A stretch of 24,000 nt of DNA, taken from positions 1,762,518 through 1,786,517 of the forward strand of contig NZ_CP044222.1 in NCBI RefSeq assembly GCF_008727795.1, read 5' to 3'. Made by a program: the position numbers and the translations under genes. This DNA is from Nitrincola iocasae (GTDB taxonomy: Bacteria > Pseudomonadota > Gammaproteobacteria > Pseudomonadales > Balneatricaceae). This document shows, in pieces, positions 7,585 through 16,300 of the stretch. Under the pieces are notes generated by a model. It was not told the origin of the DNA, did no database searches, and saw nothing but the letters and a program-made list of their open reading frames with translations. Position 1 is the stretch's first letter. Each line of letters starts with the position of its first letter.

Positions 7585-8828
7585 GTGATTCAGACTTCAA
7601 GGTGTTGGTGATCGGCTATGTCTGGCCGGAACCTGATTCATCGGCAGCTGGCAGTCGTATGATGCAGTTGCTGCAAAGCTTTATCAATCAGGGCTGGCAG
7701 GTGGATTTTGCCAGTCCGGCACAACCGACCGAGCATCAGATCGATCTGGCTCAGCTGGGTATCAACAGCCATGTTATACGCTTGAACTGCAGTTCATTTG
7801 ATCAGTTTTTACTGGATAAATCACCGAATATTGTTATGTTCGACCGGTTTATGATGGAAGAGCAGTTTGGCTGGCGGGTTGAAAAGCACCTACCTCAGGC
7901 CTTGCGTATCTTGAACACTGAAGACCTGCACAGTCTTCGTCATGCACGTCATCAGGCGTTTAAGGCCGGGCGTGAATATCAACCGGAAGACTTGCACAGT
8001 GAGTTGTCAATACGCGAAGTGGCCGCCATTTTTCGTGCTGATCTGACCTTGATGATCTCAGCCGTCGAAACCCGCTTGCTGCAACAACAGTTTCAAGTTC
8101 CCACAACCCAGTTGTATACCCTGCCATTTATGCTGCAGCCGATTACAGCGACGCAGAAACAGCAGCGTTTAAGCTTTGCCCAGCGAAGTGACTTTGTCAG
8201 CATCGGCAACTTTCGCCATGCACCCAACTGGGATGCAGTGCTCTATCTGAAGCAGATGTTCTGGCCAGCTATTCGTCAGCAGTTACCGGATGCCAGCGTG
8301 CATATTTACGGCGCTTATCCGCCACCTAAGGCGACACAACTGCACAATCCAGCCCAAGGCTTTTTGGTAAAAGGCTGGGCCGATAATGCCAGGCAGGTGG
8401 TAGGGCAGGCGCGGGTGTTACTGGCGCCGTTGCGTTTCGGCGCCGGGTTGAAAGGTAAGCTGGTGGAAGCGATGCAGACTGGTACGCCGAGTGTTACCAC
8501 ACCAACAGGGGCTGAAGGCATGCATGCCGGGTTGCCCTGGAGCGGTGCAGTTTGTGCCGATGAGACGGCGTTTGTCCAGCAGGCAGTGTACCTCTATACC
8601 AACGAAGACGGCTGGCAACAGGCACAGCAGCAGGGTGATCAAATACTTGAGCAGCTGTATAACCGTGCTGAGTTAGAGCCGGGTTTTATTGCGCGTATTC
8701 TGCAACACTATCAGCAGCGCGAAGCCCTTAGACAGCAGCATTTTATCAGCCAGATGCTCAGGCATCACAGCATGAAAAGCACGCAGTATATGGCGCAGTG
8801 GATTGAAGCTAAAAACAGGCATGGCTAA
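7551..8828 (+). CDS. Glycosyltransferase, group 1 (GT-B fold), specificity unknown
   Basis: The C-terminal half shows a GT1 signature (FVSIGNF..., LAPLRFGAGLKGKLVEAMQTGTPSVTTPTGAEG). The start is uncertain. 7551 (GTG) is the longest ORF. TTG at 7581 overlaps the puuB-like stop as TTGA and has GGGAAG 7 nt upstream, so it is at least as plausible. Confidence 0.7.
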   Translation: MVLPFAGSTALSDSDFKVLVIGYVWPEPDSSAAGSRMMQLLQSFINQGWQVDFASPAQPTEHQIDLAQLGINSHVIRLNCSSFDQFLLDKSPNIVMFDRFMMEEQFGWRVEKHLPQALRILNTEDLHSLRHARHQAFKAGREYQPEDLHSELSIREVAAIFRADLTLMISAVETRLLQQQFQVPTTQLYTLPFMLQPITATQKQQRLSFAQRSDFVSIGNFRHAPNWDAVLYLKQMFWPAIRQQLPDASVHIYGAYPPPKATQLHNPAQGFLVKGWADNARQVVGQARVLLAPLRFGAGLKGKLVEAMQTGTPSVTTPTGAEGMHAGLPWSGAVCADETAFVQQAVYLYTNEDGWQQAQQQGDQILEQLYNRAELEPGFIARILQHYQQREALRQQHFISQMLRHHSMKSTQYMAQWIEAKNRHG

Positions 8829-8883
8829 GCTTGGTGGTATGTTACATTAATCCTGATAACTGACTGTTACGGAAGCACTGACT

Positions 8884-9174
8884 ATGGCAAAAATATGTTT
8901 ACATGTCCGCGTGGTTGGCCGGGTACAAGGGGTCTGGTTTCGGCGCTTTACCCAGCAGCAGGCCGAGGCCCACGGTGTGGTAGGCTGGGTGCGCAATCTG
9001 GCTGATGGTAGTGTTGAAGCCATGTTATGTGGTGAAGAGATCAATGTTCATCATGTCGAAGCCTGGTTGAATCAAGGTCCGGAGTTAGCCACGGTAGCTG
9101 AAGTGATTGCTGAGCCTGGCGACTGGGATGACAGCCACACCGGCTTCGAAATAAGGGATGACGCAGACAACTAA
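8884..9174 (+). CDS. acyP: Acylphosphatase
   Basis: 96-aa ORF with the hallmark V.G.VQGV.FR motif (VVGRVQGVWFRRF) and the GWVRNLADGSVE motif. Confidence 0.85.
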   Translation: MAKICLHVRVVGRVQGVWFRRFTQQQAEAHGVVGWVRNLADGSVEAMLCGEEINVHHVEAWLNQGPELATVAEVIAEPGDWDDSHTGFEIRDDADN

Positions 9175-9203
9175 CACTAGAGTGTCCTGCCGATCCTCAA
9201 GGG

Positions 9204-9818
9204 TTAAGGGTTTAATTGATTGGCAAAGTCGTGATTAACATCGCGATGCTTGGCTTCATCGGCCCGTACAGCCAATATTACCTCACGCAGGCGTGCATCT
9301 TCCGGGAGCTGCCAGTAGTCTATGGCGATGCGGGGCGCAGGTACATTCTCATAGAGTCCGCTGTCTATACCTTCCAGGTATTCAGTGTAACTGTATACTG
9401 CTTCCTCCTCGAGATAACCCACGAAGCGATGTGCTGTTCGTGGTGAGATCAGGTAGAGCAGGAAAAAACTGTTATAGAAAATTCCTTGTACCAGCATAAT
9501 AAGCAAACGTTCGAAACGGTTTGGCTGGGCGATTTCTATAAAGGTCATTAAATGCATGCGCTCATTTTCAGCCTCTTCCAGTAACGTTCGAATCCAGCCT
9601 TCGTCACTTTTAATTCGTCGTATTGATTTCAAATGCTGTAGGGCTCCACCCACCATTCCAGGTACCGCAGCGACGGTTTCTAGCACGACAGCACGATGAC
9701 CATAGCGCTGGGCAAAAAATTTATCGGCAAAAAAACGCAGCAAGCGGGTCATGTAATAGGCCACCCGGTCAGACCCTGTCTTGGGTTTGAAATGTGTCTG
9801 CAGACGTTGCTCGGACAT
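9204..9818 (-). CDS. aox: Alternative oxidase (cyanide-insensitive diiron ubiquinol oxidase), bacterial short form
   Basis: 204-aa ORF containing all four diiron-ligand motifs in order: VVLETVA (LET), ENERMHL (ExxH), YLEEEA, and [12 protein letters not shown] (ExxH). GGAG lies 6 nt upstream of the ATG. Confidence 0.9.
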   Translation of the reverse strand: MSEQRLQTHFKPKTGSDRVAYYMTRLLRFFADKFFAQRYGHRAVVLETVAAVPGMVGGALQHLKSIRRIKSDEGWIRTLLEEAENERMHLMTFIEIAQPNRFERLLIMLVQGIFYNSFFLLYLISPRTAHRFVGYLEEEAVYSYTEYLEGIDSGLYENVPAPRIAIDYWQLPEDARLREVILAVRADEAKHRDVNHDFANQLNP

Positions 9819-9900
9819 CTATTACTCCATGTTGTTTTTGCAAAACTCACTAGGTATGGCTATCCAGCATTGAATAGGTTCCTGACAAACAAGTTAATCC

Positions 9901-12483
9901 TTACAGGCCTTGATATGGAGGGATGGTATTTTTGTGTGAAGCAAAGGCATCTATGGGCATAGGCCGGGCATATAAAAAACCCTGAAAAGAACGGCAACCG
10001 AAGCGCTGTAGTGCATCGCGCTGGTCAAGGTTTTCAACGCCTTCCGCAATCACATTTAATGCCAGGCTGCGCCCCAGATCGATAATGGTTCTGACTACGG
10101 CAAGATCACGCGCATCCCTGTGCATATCGCGCACAAACGCCTGGTCAACTTTCAAGGTATCCAGAGGCAGGCTGATCAGCAGACTCAGCGATGAAAAGCC
10201 TGTGCCAAAATCATCCAGTGAGAAACGGATACCTTCTGCTTTTAGTAACAACATTTTCTCAATAGTTTGTTCAATATTATCTATCAGCAGACTTTCGGTT
10301 AATTCCAGTTCCAGCCGATTAGCTGGTGCACCGGTTTCTTGCAGAATACTCAATACGTCATCAACAAAACTATTGTGGTGCATCTGCGCGGCACTGATAT
10401 TGACCGCAATGGTCAAATGAGCGGTATCGGGATGCTCCGACCAGCTAACCAGTTGCTGACAGGCGGTACGCAAAATCCACTGTCCCAACGGAAGTATCAG
10501 GCCAGTTGTCTCAGCAACCGGGATAAAATCACCCGGTGATACCAGCGGCTGTTCCGGTGGTTGCCAGCGTATCAGGGCTTCTACGCCGGTCATTTCGCCT
10601 TCAGCATGGTACTGTGGCTGGTAGTAAAGAATAAATTCCTGATTTTTAAGTGCTCGACGCAGACCAAACTCCAGTTCAGCCCGGTGTTCGGCTTTTTGTT
10701 GCATGCTGGTATCAAAAAAGCGTATCTGATTTCGTCCGACTTTCTTGGCATCATAAATGGCCAGTTCAGCCCGTTTGATCAGCTCTTCCGGGTTATGTTT
10801 ACTATCTGAATAAAGCGCAACACCCAGGCTGGCCGAGGTGGTGTATTCCTGATTCTGTATTCGAAATGGGTGCTCAAGAGCCGCAATAATCTTATCCAGT
10901 ACCTGCTCGACCTGGTTCAGCAGTAAAGTATCATCAGTGGACAGGTCTTCCAGTAATAACATAAATTCGTCACCGCCAAAGCGCGCTAACGTATCGCTGG
11001 CACGTATATGTTCGCTCAGCCGCGTGGCGATGCCTGTGAGCAGTTGATCGCCTGCCTGATGTCCCAGGGTGTCATTCAGGGTACGAAAATTGTCCAGATC
11101 GATAAGAATGACGGCACCATTACCCTGTTGGTTATGGCGACTTGCCAGGCTATGCTGCAAACGGTCCATGAGTAATCTTCGGTTAGGCAGTCCGGTAAGC
11201 ACATCATAAAAAATCAGTTGATGGACTTCTTTTTTATGACGTTTTTGTTCTGATATATCCGTTGCCAGCCCACACAGGGCGTAGATCTGTCCTTTTGAGT
11301 CGCGCATAGGCACCTTTACTGAGAGAAAGGTGCGTGGCTCATTTTCACCAGGAAGCTTGTTTACTTCTTCTTTGACAATGCTGTCGCCACTCATAAGTGC
11401 ACGGTCATCCAGACGGAAAATCTCAGCTACAGATTCACTATCAAAAAAAGCTTCATCGGTTTTGTTTAAAATTTCTTCTTCAGTGCAATTGAATAATTCG
11501 CAGACTTTGGGACTAACATATAAGTAACGGTGTTGTGGATCCTTGATGTAAACATAGGCTTGCAGGTTGTTGAGAATCGTTATGAGCTTATCATCACTCA
11601 TTTTTAATTCATGCTGGGTGCGCTGCACTTTTTGCCTGAGGTATCGCATAGTTAACAAAGCCAGTAGTAGCAGGCCAAGCAGCGTAATCAAACCGACCCA
11701 TACAAACCTGGGAATAACCTGTACTTCAACAGATGATTGCCAGTTTTGCAGAATACGGTTGTAGGGGGAGTCCTGTTCAGCGCCCCACTGTTCCAGCCAA
11801 TAATCAATTTTTTCCAACAATTCGGGGTGTTGATTAAGTGATGTGGCAAAAAACAGTCGTGCCGGTTGAAATAAAATGGAGGTTTGTTTGAGGTCATAGC
11901 CGTTGCCATGATAACCACCAAACAGATTGTTGGTAGCCAGTGCATCGGCCTTGCCTTCGGCTAGCAGGTTGAGAGCTGATTGCAGATCACTAACGCGTAC
12001 TAGCTCCATCTGTATGCCGAATTCTTGATTAATCTGCTTTAAAAAATCCTGTTGAATTGAACCGGCAAGAATGGCAACACGCTTTTGATCCAGATCCAGT
12101 ACAGAGTCGATTTCTACATCAGCATGACGAAACACCTGTGACCAACTGTGCAAGGCGGGCTGGTGATGAAATGACATCAGGGTTTGTCGTTGCTCACTGA
12201 AGGCCACATCCGGCATTAATTCAATTTTACCTTCTTGCAGCAGTTGCAGACAGACATCCCAATTACACGGAACTGCCTGGAGTTGCCAGTCTTCACGCAG
12301 GGCGATTTCCTGAATCAGTTCCCCTAAAATGCCAGAAGGCCTGCCATCAGGCCCCAGCATGATTTTAGGTGGATTTTCATACACACCAATACGAACGCTT
12401 TGCATGTCAGCCTGAGCGTTGAAAGTGAGCATCAAAGCCAGCAGCAGGCAGTAAAGCCTGATACCTGTCGATATCCGTGTCAT
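9901..12483 (-). CDS. Membrane sensor diguanylate cyclase/phosphodiesterase (signal peptide, periplasmic SBP type-3-like domain, TM, PAS, GGDEF, EAL)
   Basis: 860-aa ORF. Has a signal peptide plus a second TM segment (VWVGLITLLGLLLLALLTM). The GGDEF motif is intact (RFGGDEFMLLL) with an RxxD I-site (RASD) 5 residues upstream. The EAL domain motifs EALIRW, DDFGTGFSSL, EGVEN and QGF are all present. Confidence 0.9.
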   Translation of the reverse strand: MTRISTGIRLYCLLLALMLTFNAQADMQSVRIGVYENPPKIMLGPDGRPSGILGELIQEIALREDWQLQAVPCNWDVCLQLLQEGKIELMPDVAFSEQRQTLMSFHHQPALHSWSQVFRHADVEIDSVLDLDQKRVAILAGSIQQDFLKQINQEFGIQMELVRVSDLQSALNLLAEGKADALATNNLFGGYHGNGYDLKQTSILFQPARLFFATSLNQHPELLEKIDYWLEQWGAEQDSPYNRILQNWQSSVEVQVIPRFVWVGLITLLGLLLLALLTMRYLRQKVQRTQHELKMSDDKLITILNNLQAYVYIKDPQHRYLYVSPKVCELFNCTEEEILNKTDEAFFDSESVAEIFRLDDRALMSGDSIVKEEVNKLPGENEPRTFLSVKVPMRDSKGQIYALCGLATDISEQKRHKKEVHQLIFYDVLTGLPNRRLLMDRLQHSLASRHNQQGNGAVILIDLDNFRTLNDTLGHQAGDQLLTGIATRLSEHIRASDTLARFGGDEFMLLLEDLSTDDTLLLNQVEQVLDKIIAALEHPFRIQNQEYTTSASLGVALYSDSKHNPEELIKRAELAIYDAKKVGRNQIRFFDTSMQQKAEHRAELEFGLRRALKNQEFILYYQPQYHAEGEMTGVEALIRWQPPEQPLVSPGDFIPVAETTGLILPLGQWILRTACQQLVSWSEHPDTAHLTIAVNISAAQMHHNSFVDDVLSILQETGAPANRLELELTESLLIDNIEQTIEKMLLLKAEGIRFSLDDFGTGFSSLSLLISLPLDTLKVDQAFVRDMHRDARDLAVVRTIIDLGRSLALNVIAEGVENLDQRDALQRFGCRSFQGFLYARPMPIDAFASHKNTIPPYQGL

Positions 12484-12535
12484 AAAACCATATATTCCTA
12501 TAAAAGTTTATAGTCGCAGTATAGACACGAAATCT

Positions 12536-12556
12536 TCAAGGGGTCAGCCAGCTTGA
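12536..12556 (-). repeat. REP-like element, left flank of RAYT (TCAAGGGGTCAGCCAGCTTGA on +; reverse complement TCAAGCTGGCTGACCCCTTGA)
   Basis: 21/21 identity to the reverse complement of 19-39. Inverted relative to the copy at 13326-13346. Confidence 0.85.
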
Positions 12557-12564
12557 TTAAAAAG

Positions 12565-12592
12565 TTGATATCATCGATTCATTGAGTAAACT
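12565..12592 (+). promoter_or_regulatory. Candidate sigma70 promoter for the RAYT gene (TTGATA-N16-TAAACT)
   Basis: A -35-like TTGATA at 12565-12570 and a -10-like TAAACT at 12587-12592, separated by a 16-nt spacer, about 35 nt upstream of ATG 12627. Sequence resemblance only. Confidence 0.25.
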
Positions 12593-12626
12593 GGATTCAG
12601 TCTGATTACTACAAGGATGTAACCTC

Positions 12627-13337
12627 ATGGCTAGACTGCCTAGATTGGTATTGCCCAATCAGCCTCTGCATATCATGCATCGAGGTAACAATCGTCAAAA
12701 AGTATTTGAAAACAAAGAGGATATGTCACGTATCCTTGCCGATATCGCGAAGTCACTCATAAAAGCAGATTGCCAGTTGCATGCCTACGTCATCATGACA
12801 AATCATTTGCATCTACTGATTACGCCAAAAGACAAACACCATTTGGCCGTGTTTATGCAGTCTCTGACCAATCGCTATGTCCGATATTTTAATTCCAGTC
12901 GGGAACGGACAGGCACCATTTGGGAAGGGCGGTTTAAATCATGTCTTGTAGACAGCGATCATTACCTTTTCACCTTATACAAGTATATCGAAATGAACCC
13001 GGTAAAAGCCGGTTTGGTCATTGATCCCAAAGAATACCCTTGGTCAAGCTATCACCACAATGCGCTTGGAGTAGTGGACCCGCTGATTTCAGAGCATCCT
13101 CTCTATCTGGATTTAGCGACTACAAAAGATGAAAGAGCGGCTCATTACCAGTCGATGATGAGTAATGTGAACCTAAGTGAAGAGAATCAAAACATAACCG
13201 AGGCAACTATTCGTGGCGAAGCACTGGGTGATGTAAACTTCAACAATTGGGTAAGCCTACAAACTGGAAGGCCAGCAAAGCTAACATCTCATGGGGGCGA
13301 TAGAAAGAGTGCCGAATATAAAAACCAAGCTGGCTGA
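12627..13337 (+). CDS. rayT: REP-associated tyrosine transposase (RAYT; Y1/HUH, IS200-like TnpA family)
   Basis: 236-aa ORF. N-terminus is RLPRLVLPNQPLHIMHRGNNRQ. The HUH triad is in VIMTNHLHLLITP (H60-L-H62). WEGRF is present. The catalytic-Tyr motif is YKYIEMNPVKAGLV (Y120), followed by YPWSSY. The stop codon lies inside the right REP. Confidence 0.85.
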   Translation: MARLPRLVLPNQPLHIMHRGNNRQKVFENKEDMSRILADIAKSLIKADCQLHAYVIMTNHLHLLITPKDKHHLAVFMQSLTNRYVRYFNSSRERTGTIWEGRFKSCLVDSDHYLFTLYKYIEMNPVKAGLVIDPKEYPWSSYHHNALGVVDPLISEHPLYLDLATTKDERAAHYQSMMSNVNLSEENQNITEATIRGEALGDVNFNNWVSLQTGRPAKLTSHGGDRKSAEYKNQAG

Positions 13338-13346
13338 CCCCTTGAT
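13326..13346 (+). repeat. REP-like element, right flank of RAYT (CAAGCTGGCTGACCCCTTGAT)
   Basis: Identical to 20-40. Contains the RAYT stop TGA (13335-13337). Lies in the 19-nt gap region before recC. Confidence 0.85.
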
Positions 13347-13356
13347 TCCAGGGTTT

Positions 13357-16300
13357 ATGGTGATTCAGGGGAATCATCTTGAAGAGCTGCGTCATTTGAT
13401 GGTGAGCTGGACTCAGCATTACCCGCTTAAGCCGTTGGAAAATGAAGTGATTCTGGTGCAAAGCAACGGTATTGCGCAGTGGCTGAAACTGGCACTGGCG
13501 GCGAACTCGGGGGATGGAGCGGAATCCGGGCTGGGTATTGCGGCGGGGTTGCAGGTGATGCTGCCGGGGCGGTTTATCTGGCAGGCTTATCGTCAGGAGT
13601 TTCCCCAGCTACCCAGTGCTTCCCCCTTTGATAAAGCCCCCCTGACCTGGCGGCTGCTGCGATTGCTCAGTGATCTGCCAGCCCTGGCTGCCAGAGCGCC
13701 TGATCCTCAGGTGCTACAGCCGCTGCAACATTTTCTCGATCAGGACCCCTCCGTGTCACGAACTTGGCAGTTGGCGGCGCGCCTGGCGGATCTTTATGAT
13801 CAATATCAGGTCTACCGGGCCGATTGGCTGGAGGCCTGGCTGCAGGGTGAATCGGTGTTGATCACCGCAGCGGGTGAACGGCAGCCATTGAAGGCGGAGC
13901 AGGCCTGGCAGCCGTTGCTCTGGCAGTGGCTGAATGCGGATATTCGTCAGGCTCACTCGGAGGCTGATTTTCTCAGTTATGCCAGCCGTTCCAGCGTGCA
14001 TCAGGTGTTTTGTCAGCAGCTTGGCGAGGCAGATGCTAACCAACCACCGACTGGCTTTCCACGCCGAATCATCGTGTTCGGTATCTCCTCCTTACCCCGG
14101 CAAACACTGGAAGTGCTCGAAGTGCTGTCGCAGTTTTCCCAGGTGATGCTGTTTGTGTGTAATCCCAGTCAGCACTATTGGGGCGATCTGATCGAAGGGC
14201 GGGAGCTGTTCAAAAAGGCTTATCAGCGCAATTCTGAACGCCGCGTGCCGGATAATCTGGATGAAGATCAACTGCATCTGCACGGCCATCCCTTACTGGC
14301 AGCCTGGGGGCGTCAGGGACGTGACTATCTGAGGCTGCTGGATGAGCGTGATCAGCCGCAGAGCTATCAGCAGCACTTTGAACGCATAGATCTGTTTTCA
14401 TCGCCAGGGAACGAAACACTGCTGCAACAACTGCAGGATGATATTCTGGAACTGCGCACCCTGAGTGAGCGCCAGGCGATGCAGATCCAGGTGGATGTGC
14501 AAGATCGCAGCCTGAGCTTTATGCTAGCACATAGTCCGCAGCGTGAGGTGGAGATCCTTCAGGATCAACTATTAGCCGAGTTTGAGGCGGCGCAACACTC
14601 AGGTGAACCCTTGAACCCCCGCGATATTCTGGTGATGGTGCCGGATATCCAGGTGTATGCCGCACATATCGATGCTGTGTTCGGTAAACTGGATCGAGAT
14701 GATCCGCGTTATCTGCCATTTCATATTGCCGATCAGGGCCAACGCCACAAAGCGCCCTTGCTGATTGCACTGGAAAGTCTGCTGCATCTGCCTGAGTCCC
14801 GCTTCAGTGTCACCGAACTGCTGGATCTGCTGGATGTACCCGCTTTGCGCGCCTGTTTTGAACTGGATGAGGTCGATCTGCTCAGCCTGAAGCGCTGGAT
14901 ACAGGGAGCCAATATTCGCTGGGGACTGGATGCTGAGCAGCGTGAAGCGCTGGACCTGCCTGAAGGGGTATCGGCTAATACCTGGCGTTTTGGCTTGAAG
15001 CGAATGCTGCTGGGCTATGCCAGTGGTGAAACGTCTGCCTGGCAGGGAACCGTACCCTATGCTGAAGTGGCTGGCCTCGAAGCTGCCAGGTTAGGACCGC
15101 TGGTGCTGTTGCTGGATCAACTGGAAACTGCCTGGCACACGCTGCAGCAAGCTACCCATGCTGGTGAATGGGCTGCCCGTTTGCAGCAGTTGTTGCAGGA
15201 TTTCTTTGTGCCCCAGTCAGAGCTGGATCAGGCGTTGCTGCTCAAGTTTGAGCAGCAGTTAACACAGTGGCTAGAGGCTATCGAGTTGGCTGAAGCCAGT
15301 GATCTACCCTTAACACTCGACGTGGTGCGTGAAGAGCTGCTGTCCGGTCTGGATCAGCCGGGTTTGAGTCAGACATTCCTGGCCGGGTCGGTAAACTTTG
15401 CTACGCTGATGCCGATGCGTGCCATTCCGTTTCGGCAAGTCTGGTTGCTGGGGATGAATGATGGTGCTTATCCGCGCGCTGTCAGACCGGTGGATTTTGA
15501 TCTGATGGCACAGGACTATCGACCCGGTGACCGTTCCCGACGAGAAGATGATCGCTATCTGTTTCTGGAAGCCTTGCTGGCCGCGCGCGAGAAGCTGGTG
15601 GTCAGCTGGGTGGGCCGCAGTGCCCGCGATAACTCCGTGCGACCACCGTCTGTACTGGTCGGGCAACTGCGTGATCACCTGCAGTCGGGTTGGCAAGGAC
15701 AGACCGACGATCTGCTCAATGAACTGACCATCGAGCACCCGTTACAGCCTTTCAGTCGCCGCTATTTTGATCAGGACGCCGCTGCGCACGCGCCGTTCAG
15801 TTATGCCTCCGAGTGGTTAGCGGTACATCAGCCGATCAGCCAGGCGCAATCACCGCTATCGCTGGAGCCCTGGCAGCCGGAAACCGCCTTGTCTCTGTCA
15901 CAGTTGGTGCAGTTGATGAAGCAGCCGATCGACAGCTTTTACGCCCTGCGTCTGCAAGTGCCGCGAACGGAATCTATTCAGGTGTTACGCGATACCGAAA
16001 GCTTTGCGCTGGATGGGTTGGAAGTTTGGCAACTGCGTGACCGGCTGCTGCAATCCGCCATCCTGCCTGCCGTGGATGAAGATGACTTTTTGCAGCGCGT
16101 CGGTGATGAAGTACAGCGTATTCAGCAGGAGGGCTTGCTGGTTGAAGGCAGTCTCGGTCAGTTGCAGGGGCAGCAGTTGTGTCAGGGACTGGATGCGGTC
16201 TATAGCGACTGGTTGGCCGAACGCACTGAGTTCAGTGACGCGCTGGAGAGCCAGCCAGTGATGTATTCAGCGCATAGCGAATGGGGTGTGTTGTCTGTAG

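Larger units (their letters stand above)
12536..13346 (+). mobile_element. REP-RAYT-REP unit (domesticated IS200/IS605-type Y1 transposase with flanking inverted REPs)
   Basis: A RAYT ORF bracketed by inverted copies of the 20-21 nt motif. Spot-counted lines are more AT-rich than the downstream recC. Confidence 0.8.

Noticed and set aside
9175-9203. Expected terminator between convergent acyP and aox
   Set aside because: The 29-nt gap contains no stem of useful length; only CACT/AGTG with a 2-nt loop.
9819-9900. Search for an NsrR-type operator upstream of aox; found only the 10-bp palindrome TTTTGCAAAA (9836-9845)
   Set aside because: The palindrome is low-complexity and does not resemble the NsrR consensus as I recall it (no inverted ATGC/GCAT halves). 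This is not enough to call a regulatory site.
13291-13356. The ORF-track start of the 1183-aa ORF, which would extend RecC by 22 residues through the REP and overlap the RAYT gene
   Set aside because: The extension is REP-encoded (…KLADPLIP…) and has no counterpart in RecC. The conserved RecC N-terminus begins at the ATG at 13357.
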